From assembly GCA_973895155.1 (NCBI GenBank), contig OZ316893.1:5408171-5472170 (forward strand): a stretch of 64,000 nt of DNA, given 5' to 3'. This document shows, piece by piece, positions 40,473 through 54,352 of the stretch; position 1 is the first letter of the stretch, and every line of letters starts with the position of its first letter. The notes under the pieces are model-generated. The model was not told the DNA's origin. It did no database searches and was given only the letters and a program-made list of their open reading frames with translations. The stretch comes from Marsupella aquatica (lineage: Eukaryota > Plantae > Marchantiophyta). The position numbers were made by a program, and so were the translations under genes.

Positions 40473-40651
40473 AAATAATAATATGGAATTTAACTCTTTG
40501 CCCATGGTTTCTTTCCCAAAATATGAAAATAATGTCATTCGAGCCAGAAGGGCCTCCATGGGTGAGTCATTATGGCAACATTTTTTCTAACCATGAGTTG
40601 AACCTTAAGGTGCCATTGTGTAATTTTTTTGTGCCCACCCTGTCACTCATG

Positions 40652-40872
40652 TAGCATGCTGGTCCTGGAACATGCTTGATTTTTTTTGTCTTGTAATGAT
40701 AGGTAATGGATAAAATATGAGAGTGGAACTAGAAATTAAAGCCATTGGTTTCACACACTTGAATTCCAAGAGATAACAAAGATTAAAAATTAAGAGGGCT
40801 GCCAAAATAAGTTCAAAATTCTATATGATCAAACCCATGACCAAAAAAATCTGAATAAGACACAATCTGAAA
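40652..40872. repeat. Dispersed repeat family B, copy 2 (internally shorter)
   Basis: Shares collinear blocks with 8435-8990. Confidence 0.6.
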
Positions 40873-43407
40873 GGAAGATTCTCCATATAGCAGCTTCAAA
40901 AACTTTATGTGCCCAACCTTATCACTCACTGTCCCCACAGCTTGCACACTCCTTGAAATGTAGTTGTCATGCTGACTTCTGACTTGCCTGTACTGTCCAA
41001 GTTGCCATCCTCACTGGTGCTGGAAAACCCTTCTGTTTAACATCACTTAGTGTCAACAATATTATGCAATATCAATTAGTCTAATTAGTCCTGATTGTTT
41101 AATCTCTAACCCTTTCATATCATGAAAATATAAGGTTCTGTCAGGGAGTAAAGTTATATTGTGGTACTTTAAAGTTCTTGTGTCCATCTGAGTATTAGTG
41201 ATAGCCATTTGTGTCATCTGAGTATTTATGTTAGCCATTTGTGTCCATCCCAGCTTCCCCTTTTGGAGCATTCAGAACACTAGTATGTTCAATTCAAAGA
41301 TATATTGAGAAATCAAGGGGCAGGGATGGCAAACCACGTACACAGCATGAGGGATGGTGAAGGACTTTGCACAACAATTGAGGAGGAGGAGAAAGATTAT
41401 TGTAGTCCTTTTGTGACCAATCAATTAAAGCCCACTTTAGTCAGATCGAGGCCAGTAAGTATATTCCACACTAGTAGAGAAATAATGCAATCTTCATACT
41501 TGAAATTGCAGCATCACTAGAACACTGAAGCAGAAATCCCCCTTACACAAGAGCCATCGGCCAGGAAACTCGTGGCCTCACTTCACCCATGATATCTATG
41601 GGATGGGCAACAATTAATCTGGCATTGCACTATGTTACTTCAGTCATTGGCCTTTCTGATTGCCCCGCTAATGTTTTTCAATTACTAACACTTACAACTG
41701 ACAGGGAAAAAAAGGTGTAATTTGGATGACATTTGGTTCTAAGCACGTTTTTGGCATTTTCACCAGAGTAGAGCCAGAAACTATCACTTCTTGCTAATGC
41801 ACACTTTACACTGCTATGTGGCTCAATAAATTTGTGTGAGTTTCTTTTGTGCGAAAAGAATAAAGAAACTAAAGACCAGGGGAATTTTGTTGTGGCTTTT
41901 AAGGACAAAAGGAGAATGAAGCGTTTTAGATTTTGGAAGACATTCTCGGAATAAAACTCGAGCTTCAGAAAGTTTCTATGTTCCCTGGAAAAGAAGCAAG
42001 AACCATAATTCATACAAAGGAGGAAATAAAGTACAATGAGGTAAAGCAAAAGAGGTCCAAACAAAGAAAACTTTGGAGGAGAGAATGTGGCTTTAATGTA
42101 AAGAGTCAAATATTTCTTTTATTGTGGAAAGGGGGAACAGTGCCCTAACATCAATAAAACAGAGGTGATGCCAACGAAGGCCAAATCGCTTGCAAGTAAG
42201 CTCGGGGGCCTCACTCCAAGGGGGTCCAATATATATCAAGTGCAAAGTTTTCAAGTAATAAATACCCTAAAATTAACCTAAGAAAATAAAGTAGATTTTG
42301 TAGTATTTTTCAACCCCTAACTTATGGAATATTCTAGAAATATACATTTGGTACTTAAAAACCCCTATAGTTCTTATACGCCTTAAAATTGGATTAAACC
42401 ATGCACCCCTATATTTCTTCAACAAAACTTTTAAAGTCTTCCATGCAATAGAATTTAAAAAGACCCCTACCTTGTTCGCGCCCAATGGGTCGAAAGAAAA
42501 GAAGTGAGTACCCTAGGCAAGCAAGCCAAGGCCCAAGTGGTAAAGTTGGGAGACTCTGCCGAAGCAGAGATAAATGAGCAAGCAAAACTAAGGGGTACTG
42601 GCAGTGAGCCCAGACCAAGGGCCCAAAGTTTGTAAGTAATAACTAGTTCGTGGACCCCCACCTGTTTTGATTGAAATTGAAAAGTAGATAGTTATAGGTT
42701 AGTTTCTCATCTGCTGCATCTTGCTTCGCCGGGGTTGCGAATTCGACCACATCTGCTGTCTAATTGAGGTGTTTGTCCTTCTTGCTTTCCTGTGGATAAC
42801 ACTTCGCCATTCCCTGTACCAATTTGAGGGGTATCACTTTCTTGCTGTACCAAAATTGAGTCTGCTAGTTTCTTGGTGACAGTTTGTGGGAGAGCATCCC
42901 CTTTTGCCAAAGCTAAAGTAGGCACTTCACTTTCCCCGGACCCAATTTGTGGAGTATCCTCAGCTTTCTTTACCGCTGAGCCTTTTCTCAATATTGTCTT
43001 CAACGCTGCGTCCTTGTCGTCTGTTGCCTGCACCTCAGTGCCCTTATCCTTGATTTTCTTCACCTCTACAGGGAACGGTTCCTCTGATCTCTTCTGGCAA
43101 TTTCGATCGTGTACTGTCCTTATGAATTGTTCGCAATTCTTCCTTGGTTGAGTGATTGGTTTCTCCTTCAAACTAATTCCTGAATTTCTCCTTCTTTTTG
43201 CTTGATCAGCATACAGTCTCTTCGATTCCTTTCAGTGATTTTCGTTGTTCCCTTTCGCCTCGGTTCTTACTGGCTTGCTCTTTGGAGTCTCCGGGAGTTG
43301 GACCTTTGTTTATAGCTTGTATCTTTGTAAGTGGAACGTAGTCACGTAGACGAGGCCCTTATTGGACCCTGCTAAGCTTGCTTCTCTTTCGTTCGCTCGT
43401 GCCTCAT

Positions 43408-43518
43408 GCGTTGGACAATCTAATAGTAGCGAGAGGCATCACCAAGTTAGGAACTGCAATGAGCGTTGGACAATCTAACAGTAGCGAGAGGCATCACCGA
43501 GTTAGGAACTGCAATGAT
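43408..43518. repeat. 55-bp tandem duplication
   Basis: GCGTTGGACAATCTAA(T/C)AGTAGCGAGAGGCATCACC(A/G)AGTTAGGAACTGCAATGA occurs twice. Confidence 0.9.
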
Positions 43519-45155
43519 GACGCCATGGAAAGGAGCGCTGAGTGATCCAACATAGAATCATATCCACTTCTTCCTTCGTGGCAGCAGAAGGTCGAGAAAA
43601 TTGTCATGATTAGTTTGTTATCAGATCAACTTGCCGAGAGAGATTTAGTTATTATTCAATTGAAACACAATTCAGAATGCAGGTGGGCAGCGGTTACTCA
43701 GGGTAAAAAAAACGGAAGGTGGGCCTTCTACTAATTGAACAGTCTCTTAACTAGGGTAAATAAAACGGTTATTTTTCAAACATTTTTACATCAAGGTTTA
43801 CAGCATGGCGTCCCTCAATTTTACCAAAATCATGCCACAGACACGAATGTTGAAGTAATTTTATTTTGTAAACTAGTCCATACCTGTTTGCAGCGCATCT
43901 TGATGATGTGGCGCGCTGTGGAGTCTCGAATTTTGGAAGAGACCTCTAGTGGGGTCCGTAATAATATGTAAAGTCAAATATTAACCTCAATAAAAACAAC
44001 CAAAACAAAAACTCAAATCCCATCCATCTATATATCTACGTTGACAAAAAGTGGAAGATGGGAAGACAAGATCTCAAAGACAGCCAGGATACTTTAGAAA
44101 AACCCCATGAACACCAAAGAACAGAATAAGCATGAAAGTCTCGTCAAATCCAATAAAGTGCAATTATCCCCACAAATGCTCTATTGTACAGTGTCAATTT
44201 TCAGTGGCATGATAAAATATAGGCTTTGAATGTGTCTTCAGTACCATACCAATTGCAAAAACTCAAAATAAGTGGATGGGTTAGATTGCATAGTTTCCTG
44301 GCACTACTTAGACTCTCCATTTCAGCAGTTTTTCTTGAACAAATATATTGGTACAATGCCGCTAAAGATGTGCGTAATTATAATACTGCCGCGGTTTTGC
44401 AACATGGATAACCAAATTAACCATGGGTCAGACTCTGATCTGTATCACACATGTGTCAGCCATGATCTCTTCCTTTAGCACTGTCCATTACCAGGCTTCT
44501 CTAGCTAGGAAACCTCAATAATAGCAAGGGGCTGGGAATCTGTCTGGATTGAAATTTCAAACTATCTCGATTGAAATTTCATGCAGTCAGCACGCTACTG
44601 GGCAGGTGACATGTGTACTTAGTTTAGTTAACCCAAGTACCATAGATGAAAACTATGACAGTGTCACAATTACAATAAAATCCATGCATGCATTACACAC
44701 ATATTTAATTAGTGCCATTGTAGTGAAATGGTGTTTTCTTCAATAGTTGTTGACGGAAAGCACTTCAGGCATTGGCTGTCATTACCTACACAGAGTTAGA
44801 TAGCAATTTGTAGGAAGTTGCTCTCTGAAAATCTTGGCATCCCCTTGTTATCATGTCAACATGGGTACATGCAACTCTTACATAACAGGCAGGGGTGTCA
44901 ATTTTTATATGGACGAAAAGGTTGGCTGTACTAAAATAGAGATTTGAAAAGAGTTAGCCTGTATACTAATTTTAAAAGTTTATGAGTCATGCATAAAGGT
45001 TGGTTGTCATCTTTTCCACATAAGCTTAAAAAGATCCTAAACTTGCTGTGAATTTTATTTAAAGATTGTAATAAAAAACCTAAAATGCAGGCTAGCTTGG
45101 CTGTAGACTGGATAAAGTACAGTTGGAAGAATCAACAATGGTTAGGTGCTATTAG

Positions 45156-45511
45156 TGTAACATGGTTAGCTGGGATATATCCGCCCCCTAACGTAATAAG
45201 CTCAGATGTATCCACTTTCTAACATGGTAAGCCAGCATTTATCCTCTCCCTATGATTGGAGGAGCACTCGTGAGGGCACATAACAAGATGTGAGTAGAGG
45301 AAGTCCCACTAAGTGGGACCCTTCTATTAGACACATGTAGCTTACATTGTGGAGACTTGGTATGGCCGACGGGTTTAGAGTTCAGTAAAGCTCTCTTGTG
45401 TGTTCCCGTGGACGTAGCCTCGAGGAGGTGAACCACGTATCTCTTTTGTCAACTACTTGATCGTTGGGTGTGTCATGTGCTTACCGTTGCGATTGTCGTC
45501 TATGCTCAACA
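45156..45511 (+). mobile_element. Copia-like LTR remnant (probable solo LTR; 5' boundary uncertain)
   Basis: Contains CCCGTGGACGTAG...GGTGAACCACGTA, a motif typical of the U5 region of plant Copia LTRs, preceded by AGTAAAG. It ends in ...CTCAACA. No PBS or internal domain is adjacent, and no TSD was confirmed. Confidence 0.55.
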
Positions 45512-46567
45512 TTAACTACAATTAGACTACCTATAGTACTTACACAATAATTCTAGACACAAGCGTAAATGTATAATATAAAATGGTCACCTAGACTGCG
45601 TAATCTACTGAGGTAATCTATGGGCATGCAAGGGATGTCAATGGCAACTGAGGTACTATCCCTTTACATCACACTCTTTCAACCCTGGGTATGAACTCCC
45701 CTTTTACAAAGCAGATTTTAATTCCCTGTTATTGCCTTATTTCATATAGTCTACTGAACTCCCGACTGAACTTTTGTACCTCTCAACTCAAGGAATCCAA
45801 AAATGCAAAAACAAATTAAAGGAATTTTATTAAAATTCAAAAAACCTCTAACTTAATAAAAAATCACTGCAAGTTTAGGATAAAGAGAAAAACCTAATTT
45901 GTATATACAAATAAAGTTAAAAGTGGAGACCCAGATTTTTTTTCAGAATTTCTTTTACTATATTCAGTCATTTTTGTATATAGATACACCCTTGCCTATT
46001 TTACAAGAGTTGTGTACCTGAGCATTGAACCACCCTCAAATCCCTGTCCCTGCCCGTCCCTGTCCCCCGCCCTGTCCCGTGCAATTGTTTTGCCTACCAT
46101 GGGTCATACCTTCAAATTTGACTCTCCTCCGCATCCTTGCTATTTTATAACTCCTCCTTACCTATTGTGCACCATTGCGTTCACAAAGGGAACAAATTTA
46201 CATGTACCATTATTTAGTAGTCTCCAGCTTTGCAATGGATCCGCTAGCCACGCCACTAGCTTTGAGCTACACTACTCTCATCATACTAGGTCAGAACACT
46301 GAGTTAACTAGTGCAGGTCTTGACCCCAAGTATTTGAGAGAAATTTGTCCCCTGGAGATGCTTGTCAGGCCCCAAGTGCCTGATGCCAAGTTTTTTAGAG
46401 AGTGTTTGTGACCCAAATTAACCCAGGAGCAGGCCTGGCCCTGTCCAGGCGTTGTCCATGCCGAAAGTTGGTGTGGTGGTTGAGGCGCTGTTTTGGCCTT
46501 CATTGTCTCCAAGTGCTGATTGTGCTGCTTTGCTTGGCTTGATGCAAGTTGAGGCACGAGTTGGGCC

Positions 46568-46851
46568 CTTGGGGGTTTTACTTCCACAAAAATGATATCA
46601 CGTGCAACTAAGGATATGGTCATTTTATTGGTTCTAAGCAAAGGCTTCAGAAGTTTTTGGGAAGAGCATTAGAGTCTTTTCAATTGAATTTTGAGAATTA
46701 TCAGAGCATTAGGGTATTTGTAATCAATTTGTTGGAATATTCCAACTTTATAGGGGTAATGACATTATTATTTTTTGCATGTTAGTGGGTCAGAGGCTTA
46801 AAAACAATGCAGTTGATGCCCGGGATACCTCCATATAGTGAGACCGCTGAG
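46568..46851 (-). mobile_element. MITE family A copy (reverse) with 8-bp TSD GTTGGGCC
   Basis: Ends are CTTGGGGGTTTTAC ... GTGAGACCGCTGAG. GTTGGGCC lies at 46560-46567 and 46852-46859. Confidence 0.88.
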
Positions 46852-47363
46852 GTTGGGCCCAAGTATCAATCAAGACACAGTCTAGGTGCAGAGTGTGACC
46901 AATTCCCCCACTAGTCCATGCATGTTGTAGTAAGTATCCCTAACTTCAAAATGTTATAACATGAGATCCCATTGCAGGCGTGCCGTATAACATTAAGATT
47001 GGTTTTGTTTGATTTTCATTTCTAGGATACATGGGGCCTGCTATTAGACCAACTCTCACAAGTAACTTCACATCCCTTGCTTCCTTGGGTATAGAAAGCT
47101 AGTCCCACAAGTAGTTGCCAAATGGGTCTGCAACGGACCCACAACTTGTGCCATCCTTTTCCAATATCATTTGCCATGTATAATCTTCACTTTGACCAGC
47201 TTATGTATCAGCAACATGGGCAGAACAATATAAAACATATTTGTATCGTCAACAGTAGATACAAACCAACAAACCAACATTGAACTGATTGTTTTACTTT
47301 TAGTAAGTAACTTTATTTAATAAGGGTGTAAGTTTTTTGCACTGTCGGGCCAGGTTTTGCAGA

Positions 47364-47661
47364 CTCGGGGGTTTCACTTCAACAAAAATGACATATCACG
47401 TGTAACAAAAGATAGGGTCATTTTATTGGTTCTAAAGAAAGACTTAAGAATTTTTACAACAAAACAATAAAATATTTTAAATTCAATTTTGAGACTTATA
47501 ATAATATTAGGGCCTTTTTAATACAATTTTTGAAATGTTCCAAGAATATTCTAACTTTATAGTGAATAAATTTAAATAATTTTTTTCTTACATTTTAAGG
47601 GGTCTGAGGCCTAAAAACGTTGCAGGTGATGCGGAGGTCCCCATATAGTGAGACCCCCAAG
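47364..47661 (-). mobile_element. MITE family A copy (reverse)
   Basis: Ends are CTCGGGGGTTTCAC ... GTGAGACCCCCAAG, with internal homology to the other copies. The flanks do not match, so there is no TSD. Confidence 0.85.
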
Positions 47662-47874
47662 TAGCACCCGGCTGCATATGAGGGAAATAGCTGGGTAGGG
47701 AAGTAGCCAGTGAACAACTATTGGGCTTTTGTTTGCCCCTTTGGTTTCAGCTTGCAAATTGAAAGGCCCATAAACATTGAGACAAGAGAAAATCCCCAAC
47801 TCCCTGATCATGGATAGAAGAGCACGTAAGCTTGTGTGAAACTCGAACTGACAAACAATGACTTCAGCTGGGAC

Positions 47875-47961
47875 TTTAGCACATGGAGCTAGCTTGGAGG
47901 CGGATGGCAAACCAAGCTTTAGCACATGGAGCTAACTTGGAGGCGGATGGCAAACCAAGCT
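47875..47961. repeat. 43-bp tandem duplication
   Basis: TTTAGCACATGGAGCTA(G/A)CTTGGAGGCGGATGGCAAACCAAGC occurs twice. Confidence 0.9.
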
Positions 47962-50900
47962 AACCAGTTTCCCAAATTGACTGATACAAGAAAAGAGAGA
48001 GCAAAGAGCATTGCAGTTTTGAACTGGAGCTTCGGACCTCTTTTTTAATTTATTTTGCCTAATTAATTGTATTTTGTTTGGCTCTTTGTCCAAATAAACT
48101 TAAGAGTGTTTAGTTTCAAGTTTTATGTAGTTGTGTTTCACCTTGGCCCACTATTCATTCTGCGACAAGGGGTCCACTTATCCTGACGGTGTGCTTGAAA
48201 TTAAATGCTGGCTGCCGTGTGTGACCTCGGTCGAGCTGTGGATCAGAGTTGAATCATTCTCATGTCTCAACCATGAAGCACCTATAAAATGTACAGTTAT
48301 TATGGTTCCTTGACCCTAGTCTGTCAGCTATATCCCCGTCACATCATTGTATCATTCTGTCAATTCATATCCATCCGGATATCTATCCTAATCAATCGCT
48401 CCAGCAATGCTTGCGGTCCTTCATTTAATTCTGAACTGTAGCCAACGCGTTATGTACAGCTCAGTAGCTAGTAGCTGATTTCAAACATTCCGGGTTATTC
48501 ACAACTGACTGCTTTTCAAATTTCAATGTCTTTGGCCCCCCAAAGATTTCAAAAGGGTGGGTCCAGCAGCGATAAAGATGGATATTGGTTGACTAATTCA
48601 ATGACTGACTAAAACATCAATCATTCAGTATTATTCAGAACTTCTTTCGTGAGGAATTCGTTGTCGCCAGACAACAAAAATTTATCGGTGCATGTTTAGA
48701 AGTATTGGAATCTCGATCAGCCGTCGATTAGACAAGATCGAGTACCAGGCAGTCCCTTCCTGTCTGGCTTTTGAACTAGGATTTTTCATCGGCTTCTCAA
48801 ACTACAAATTATATCTCATATCAGATAAGCTTTCAGATACTGGGCCTTGATGAATAATATGCACTGCGGAGCTCAAGCTGCTGCCAGTCTAACCTTGGGA
48901 GATTCATAGGGTCGCGCAAAATAAATTGAATAAAATATGTTTGGAGCCCAGCACAAACATGGGACATTCCAGAAAGGGTCGTGTGGCAAATTATGTGGGC
49001 ACTTTCGGGAAACCGGGAGAAAACTAATTCCAGACAACTCAAAAACCAAAAAAGCTTTATATGAGGCGCAATGCCGTGTATTGAAATTTGGCGACGAACT
49101 CATGTTTTGGCTAGGTATAATCAGCAATATACTCGAAAAACTGCTGTAGAGTTCGTCGAGTTCCTGACATGTCAAGCCACACGTTTGCCATGCTTTTGAA
49201 ACAAAGATTGCTTGACTTTTGAGCGCTGTCGGGCATTCTAGCTCTACCCGGTAAGGAGTTGACAGCCTGGGACAGTTGGTTGCACATAGAAATGTGTTGA
49301 CTTTGGTGATCGCCTTACGCCCTTACGGCCCAGCCCAACTGAGACGAATTGCATTATTGCGTAATGAACTACAGCTAGCAAATTCTCACTAACCACCTGA
49401 GCAGTTTGACATTGATTCGGATATATTACTTTACTCAAGCAACTAAAGCAAGTCTAAATTCAAGGTTGTCTCATGCACGTAAGATTGGCAAGTACAGGCC
49501 GGCGTGTTATGAGGAATCCTCCTGTCCCTCAGGGCCGCCGTGTCTTCCATCAGGTGGAGGAGATGCGACTCTGGTGGTGGCAGGATGCTCGCAAACACAG
49601 CTTCTCGAACGCGTTGTTGGACAAGGTACCCTGGCAACATCGATCTCGTATAAATGCGAAGAACTTTCTGCCTCTTCCCCCGATAATTGTTACTGGAAGA
49701 TGGGGTCATAGCCAGTTGTACAACCTAGGATTGTCAAGGCATTTATTGTTTGTCAGCAGAGATGACCCCTCAACCCAAACTGCAGGCAGCAGGTGCGACC
49801 TAGTCAACGGAGGAGGCATTAAAAAATGATGGCCCATCATGGCATCCTGGCAGCGAACATGATTGTAAGACCAAACTAAGTCGAACCTTTTTACCAGCAC
49901 AGCGGCACAGCCTGAACAAAAGCATAAGGTGGCCGCCGTCATATTCGTCAGGCTTACAGCGAATTTTTCTCCGAGGCCAATAGTCCCGGCAGTACTGGGA
50001 GAAGATCGATGGCAATTATGGTGCGCTCAGATCAGAGTTCAATTAATTTTGAGCGTGGATCGATCACCTCAACGCGTACATCTCCCCATATTAGGGGAGT
50101 GACGAAGAAGAAACGCAGCAGTTAATTAGCAGGAAAACGTTCACACAATTAGCCAGAACGACGTTCACACCCATTATTTGGTTTGGGGCTAGGGATCGTC
50201 GAAAATCATTTTGCCTCCTTAAATGTCTACTATAACCTTCGCCATTACTTGATTTGGGGCGACGGGTAACGCACTGCTGCTCAGGGCGCCCGCTGCCCAG
50301 TTCGCAAATGATATCAACATATATACCCAAAATGCGACCCCTGTATTATCCAGCAAGCTGTGAGTGTTGTGGTGGACTCAGACGTGCAGGGTTCGACCCC
50401 CCTTAGAAGCCGATGATTTTCACACAAACCCAATCCTAAATTGGAGTTTAGATGAAGCTCGTCACACATAAACAAAAACTTTAGCCGTTTACGTTACCAT
50501 GATAGCAAAGCCAGCAGACAGTCCAATGCCATAAATGATTTGCCAGTCAGTCAGCGAGGTTGCCAATTTTAGCCAAAGCTCCGAGTTCACAGTAATTATG
50601 GACTCGCTCATTTGCTAAGGCTATGCTATCAATGGACCATGCAGTTTGTCTGGAGTTGCCAAAACTAATGTTCGACCTTGTTCAAAGCTTCGAGCATCAA
50701 TGTTCGACCCAAAAGCCCGGGATGCTTTTTCTTGTATGTAGCAGCAGTGAGAAACGACGGTCCTGGTAATAACTGTCGATCAGCGCCAGTCTGCAACGCA
50801 ATTGAATATTTTTATATTTGAATGACACAATTGACAATTCTGCCATTGCCTTTGTCATTCCGGGCCATAGTATGCGTAATAGTCCTGTATTGGTGCTGAT

Positions 50901-53900
50901 AAAGTGACATTTGTTTTGGCGTCAGTGCCAACTGCCAACTTATATAACCCACTCGGCCACTCGTTACCATTCTGACAAGTTATTGCCGGAGCGCGGGCCG
51001 GAGCCTTCTGTATACATAATGATGCCCCAAATCAAAAGATTACACAAACATGCCACTCCCACAATAATTGAGGTATTGTATAATGCAAGTAAACAGGAAG
51101 TTTGTTAGCGAACAGAGTGTGTTAGCGAGACACTAATGGTTTATTTAAAAAAAACTTTTTGCTGCCTTTTATACATTTTGTGTTTTTTTTATGATTCCGG
51201 TAGCGAGGTTGCTAGCAAAAAGAGGAGTCCCAAAAATGTATGTTATAACAAGGTTGTTAGAGAGGCAATTGGATATAGAATAATTAGGGGTCATGTTAGG
51301 AAAACCCTAGCTCGTTCCTGCACGCTACAATGACCCAGAAGAATAATTTCACTATTGGGGTGGGATAGACTACTACAGATAGTGTTCTTCCCTCATTTCT
51401 CTTGAAAATTTCAGTTCAATTCCAAACAATCACGTACTTTAGCCGACCACCCAATGGAGGTCGTTCTCCAGCCCAACTGAGTAATGCCCTCGAAAGACTC
51501 GACGAGTCCGGGGAGGCCAGCACTGAGGGAGAATGGGTTTTCTGGAATCAGCAATCCACCGGCATCCACACAATCCAAAATACCTTATTGTATGTCGGAA
51601 CTCGAAACCTGCCTCGAGAAAGTCACTTGTAGGATTGGATGTGTAAGGATCTCAGTGTCAGTTATCAACAGAACTCGTTACCATTCTTTAGACGGGAACA
51701 GGAGCGATTCAAGAAAGTAAGGAATGTTCTCCGCGTAAGCTAAGATAAGCTTTGTTGATTGCAATGGACAGGAACAATGGTGAATTGCCCGCGGTTAAAA
51801 TCGAAGGTTGGGATGCATGAAGGACTCATGAATCCTGAAGCAGAATGGCAGACAAGAGTTACTTGGGAAAAAATAAAACTAATGTTTAAGAGGGCACGAT
51901 AGTAAACAGAATGTCAATCAAGTTATAATTAGATGCGAAGTCCGATTACTTACTATTTACAATAGTGAGCAACGCACCCTTTTCGAAACTTTGGCCGTTA
52001 ATAAAGGGCCCGCTGGATCCCGCATGGATGCTTATTGTCGCACTCAATAACTTGCTTTAGTTGTTTAGGCTTTCAGCCCTTTTGGCCGCCTCCAAAGTCT
52101 CCTGGTGCTAAACCCGGTGTTAAACCTGGCAAAGTTATTACAAGAGTGCTGCAATAATCCAATTATAAAATCTAGAGTGCCGGTACAGTGTACGTTTTAG
52201 CCAGAGTTATTGCTGTACTGTAAGACAGTAAGAGGACTAAGAAATCAAGGAAATGATCAGTAAACGAGTGGCTGCAGCACATCTGTCAGAATTGACACCA
52301 TACTTTTCGATCGATAGATTACCAAGAAAGGCGGCCTTTCCGGTCGCGGTCGGAAATTTTGATTTAGGTGGAGTGAAGCAATTTATTATTGATCATTCGA
52401 GCACGTCGGGGAGAATAGTGAGATTACAGTGGGGTTTACACTTTACAGATTATAGAGAGCGTTCTCAATCATGAATCATGGGCTTTGCCAAGAACACTGT
52501 GTGTGGCTGTTGTCGGTGGAGCTGTAACCGAGGGCGGGGCTGAATAGTCCTGATCGTCATTCGCCACTAGCTCCAGAACTTCAATCGGCATGAAACGCAT
52601 GGGAGTCAATCAGTAGACAAGACAACAGCGCACAACTCAATCTAACGGACGACCAATAGTGAAATGGAAAGAAATCAGTGCGCCGCGTACTGTTTTGGAC
52701 TGAAGATTGCACTAGTCCAATGTCAGTGTAATGCACGAGCGCAGGCAATGGACAAACTTGCTTGCGGGTAAAGTGGTGGCCTGTGTGATGCCTCACATGG
52801 ATAGTTGGAATTACTTGGATCCAGGATACCGCTGAGTTTGCTCGTGCCCCAAATCTCCGGAGTGTCAGTACAATCTTGCGTAATGCCGTCGGTGTAGTGG
52901 ACCAGTTGAGTCGCCTTGCACTCTTCTGTGCGCGGACCTGTAGGTCAACACGTATTAGAATTTCGGAGACCCACCTTAAGGTGAGACCGTTCCTGAATGA
53001 ACCCTCTTCGTTGACAAGTACAGAAATGAATGTACTGGCAGGTAGTTTTTATGTTTTTCCTTTTCGCCCGGGTGAACACTTATGTTAGTGTAGTTATCTA
53101 ACTGTCTTGGATTCATTCTTGACCCTTAGATGTCAGCAGATTTAAGGATAAAGGTCGCTAATAGGGTGTTAGGCTTGACGTGGCGTGAAGTTGGAAAGAA
53201 AAAAAACCACTAACTAATTTTAGCCAAAAGTGGCTAATACTATTCAGTCTCTAGCGAGTTTGAGCCACTAAAACAACGCTGCTGGCAATGTAATGACTTT
53301 GAGATTAGCGTCAAGTAAGAAGAAACTGGCGAGAGTGCCCGTTAATCTGGAACCGGCTTTTCCAGTAAGCGAGCCCAGTTGTTATGCCAGCTCGATCAAA
53401 ATTATCTGCGGAGTCCACGCTACCGTAGCCCTCTCCGGCTGTTCTAGGCGGTTCGGTGGAGCTCAGGCTCGCCCGAGCCTCCAACGAAAAGATCCATTCC
53501 CCTAGGGACGGAAAATGCGAAAACTGAAGCACTTGGTAGCATGGCTTTGACTTTTTCCGGAGATCCAAACCGAGAATGCGGATGTGGGAGGACTTTTGGA
53601 AATCTGCTGAGCTGCGTGCGCGCAAACTGAGCGAGATGACGAGAGAATAGTATCGACAGCCAGCTCTGCTGCTAACAGACTTGCGTTCGAATTCTTGTTG
53701 GGTGTCTGCGAAGTAATATATAAGATCAGTGCCTAACAAGTTGAAACCACTCACTCCTGATTCTGAGACCAGCTTCAGAGTGGTGCAGCCTGGACTAGGA
53801 AATGTGTTCAGCAGATTTCCACAATATACTGTAGATCACCTTGACCTCGGAGGAAGGCTCAGGGCCTGCCACCACTAACGTACCGAGAACTCAATATCGG

Positions 53901-54352
53901 ATCTGAAGGTGAGATGTACTTGATGCTGAGAGATTCATGGCAGCGATAATGAAACTTACTTCGACTAGCAGTGTCTGCGTGAGCACAATCTCGTTATGCC
54001 GGAGAAGTGTAGTGTGTCCTCTGAGTAAAGAGTAATGTACTTCTTGTAGTGAAGCTGGGTTCTAAGTGACGAAGCCTAGTACAAGTGCAAGGAACGATCA
54101 CATTTCCATAGTCGGTTCCCACTTTGTCGGGTTTACCACGCCTTTTTGCTTCGTAAAGGATGCAATCCTCGTGAGTAGGGAATGTTATTGCCGCTGTTGT
54201 AATTATATCGAATGCTATATATTGGTTCTACGCTGACTGCTGAACGATACAGCAGTTGTACCTTGACCTTACTGCTATCTCTATGGTATTGACAAACGTG
54301 TGTGTGTCGAGCAGGATCTAGATCGACAACTTGTCGTCAGTTTTGGAACACC

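Noticed and set aside
42707-43171. 154-aa K/E-rich ORF with repeated DTPQIG
   Set aside because: It has a non-ATG start, low complexity and no recognisable domain; it is probably TE-derived debris.
49406-50015. Cluster of Cys-containing short ORFs
   Set aside because: No signal peptide, recognisable Cys pattern or splice-consistent model.
50366-50412. tRNA gene (GGTTCGACCCC B-box)
   Set aside because: There is no cloverleaf or A-box; at most it is a SINE or tRNA remnant.
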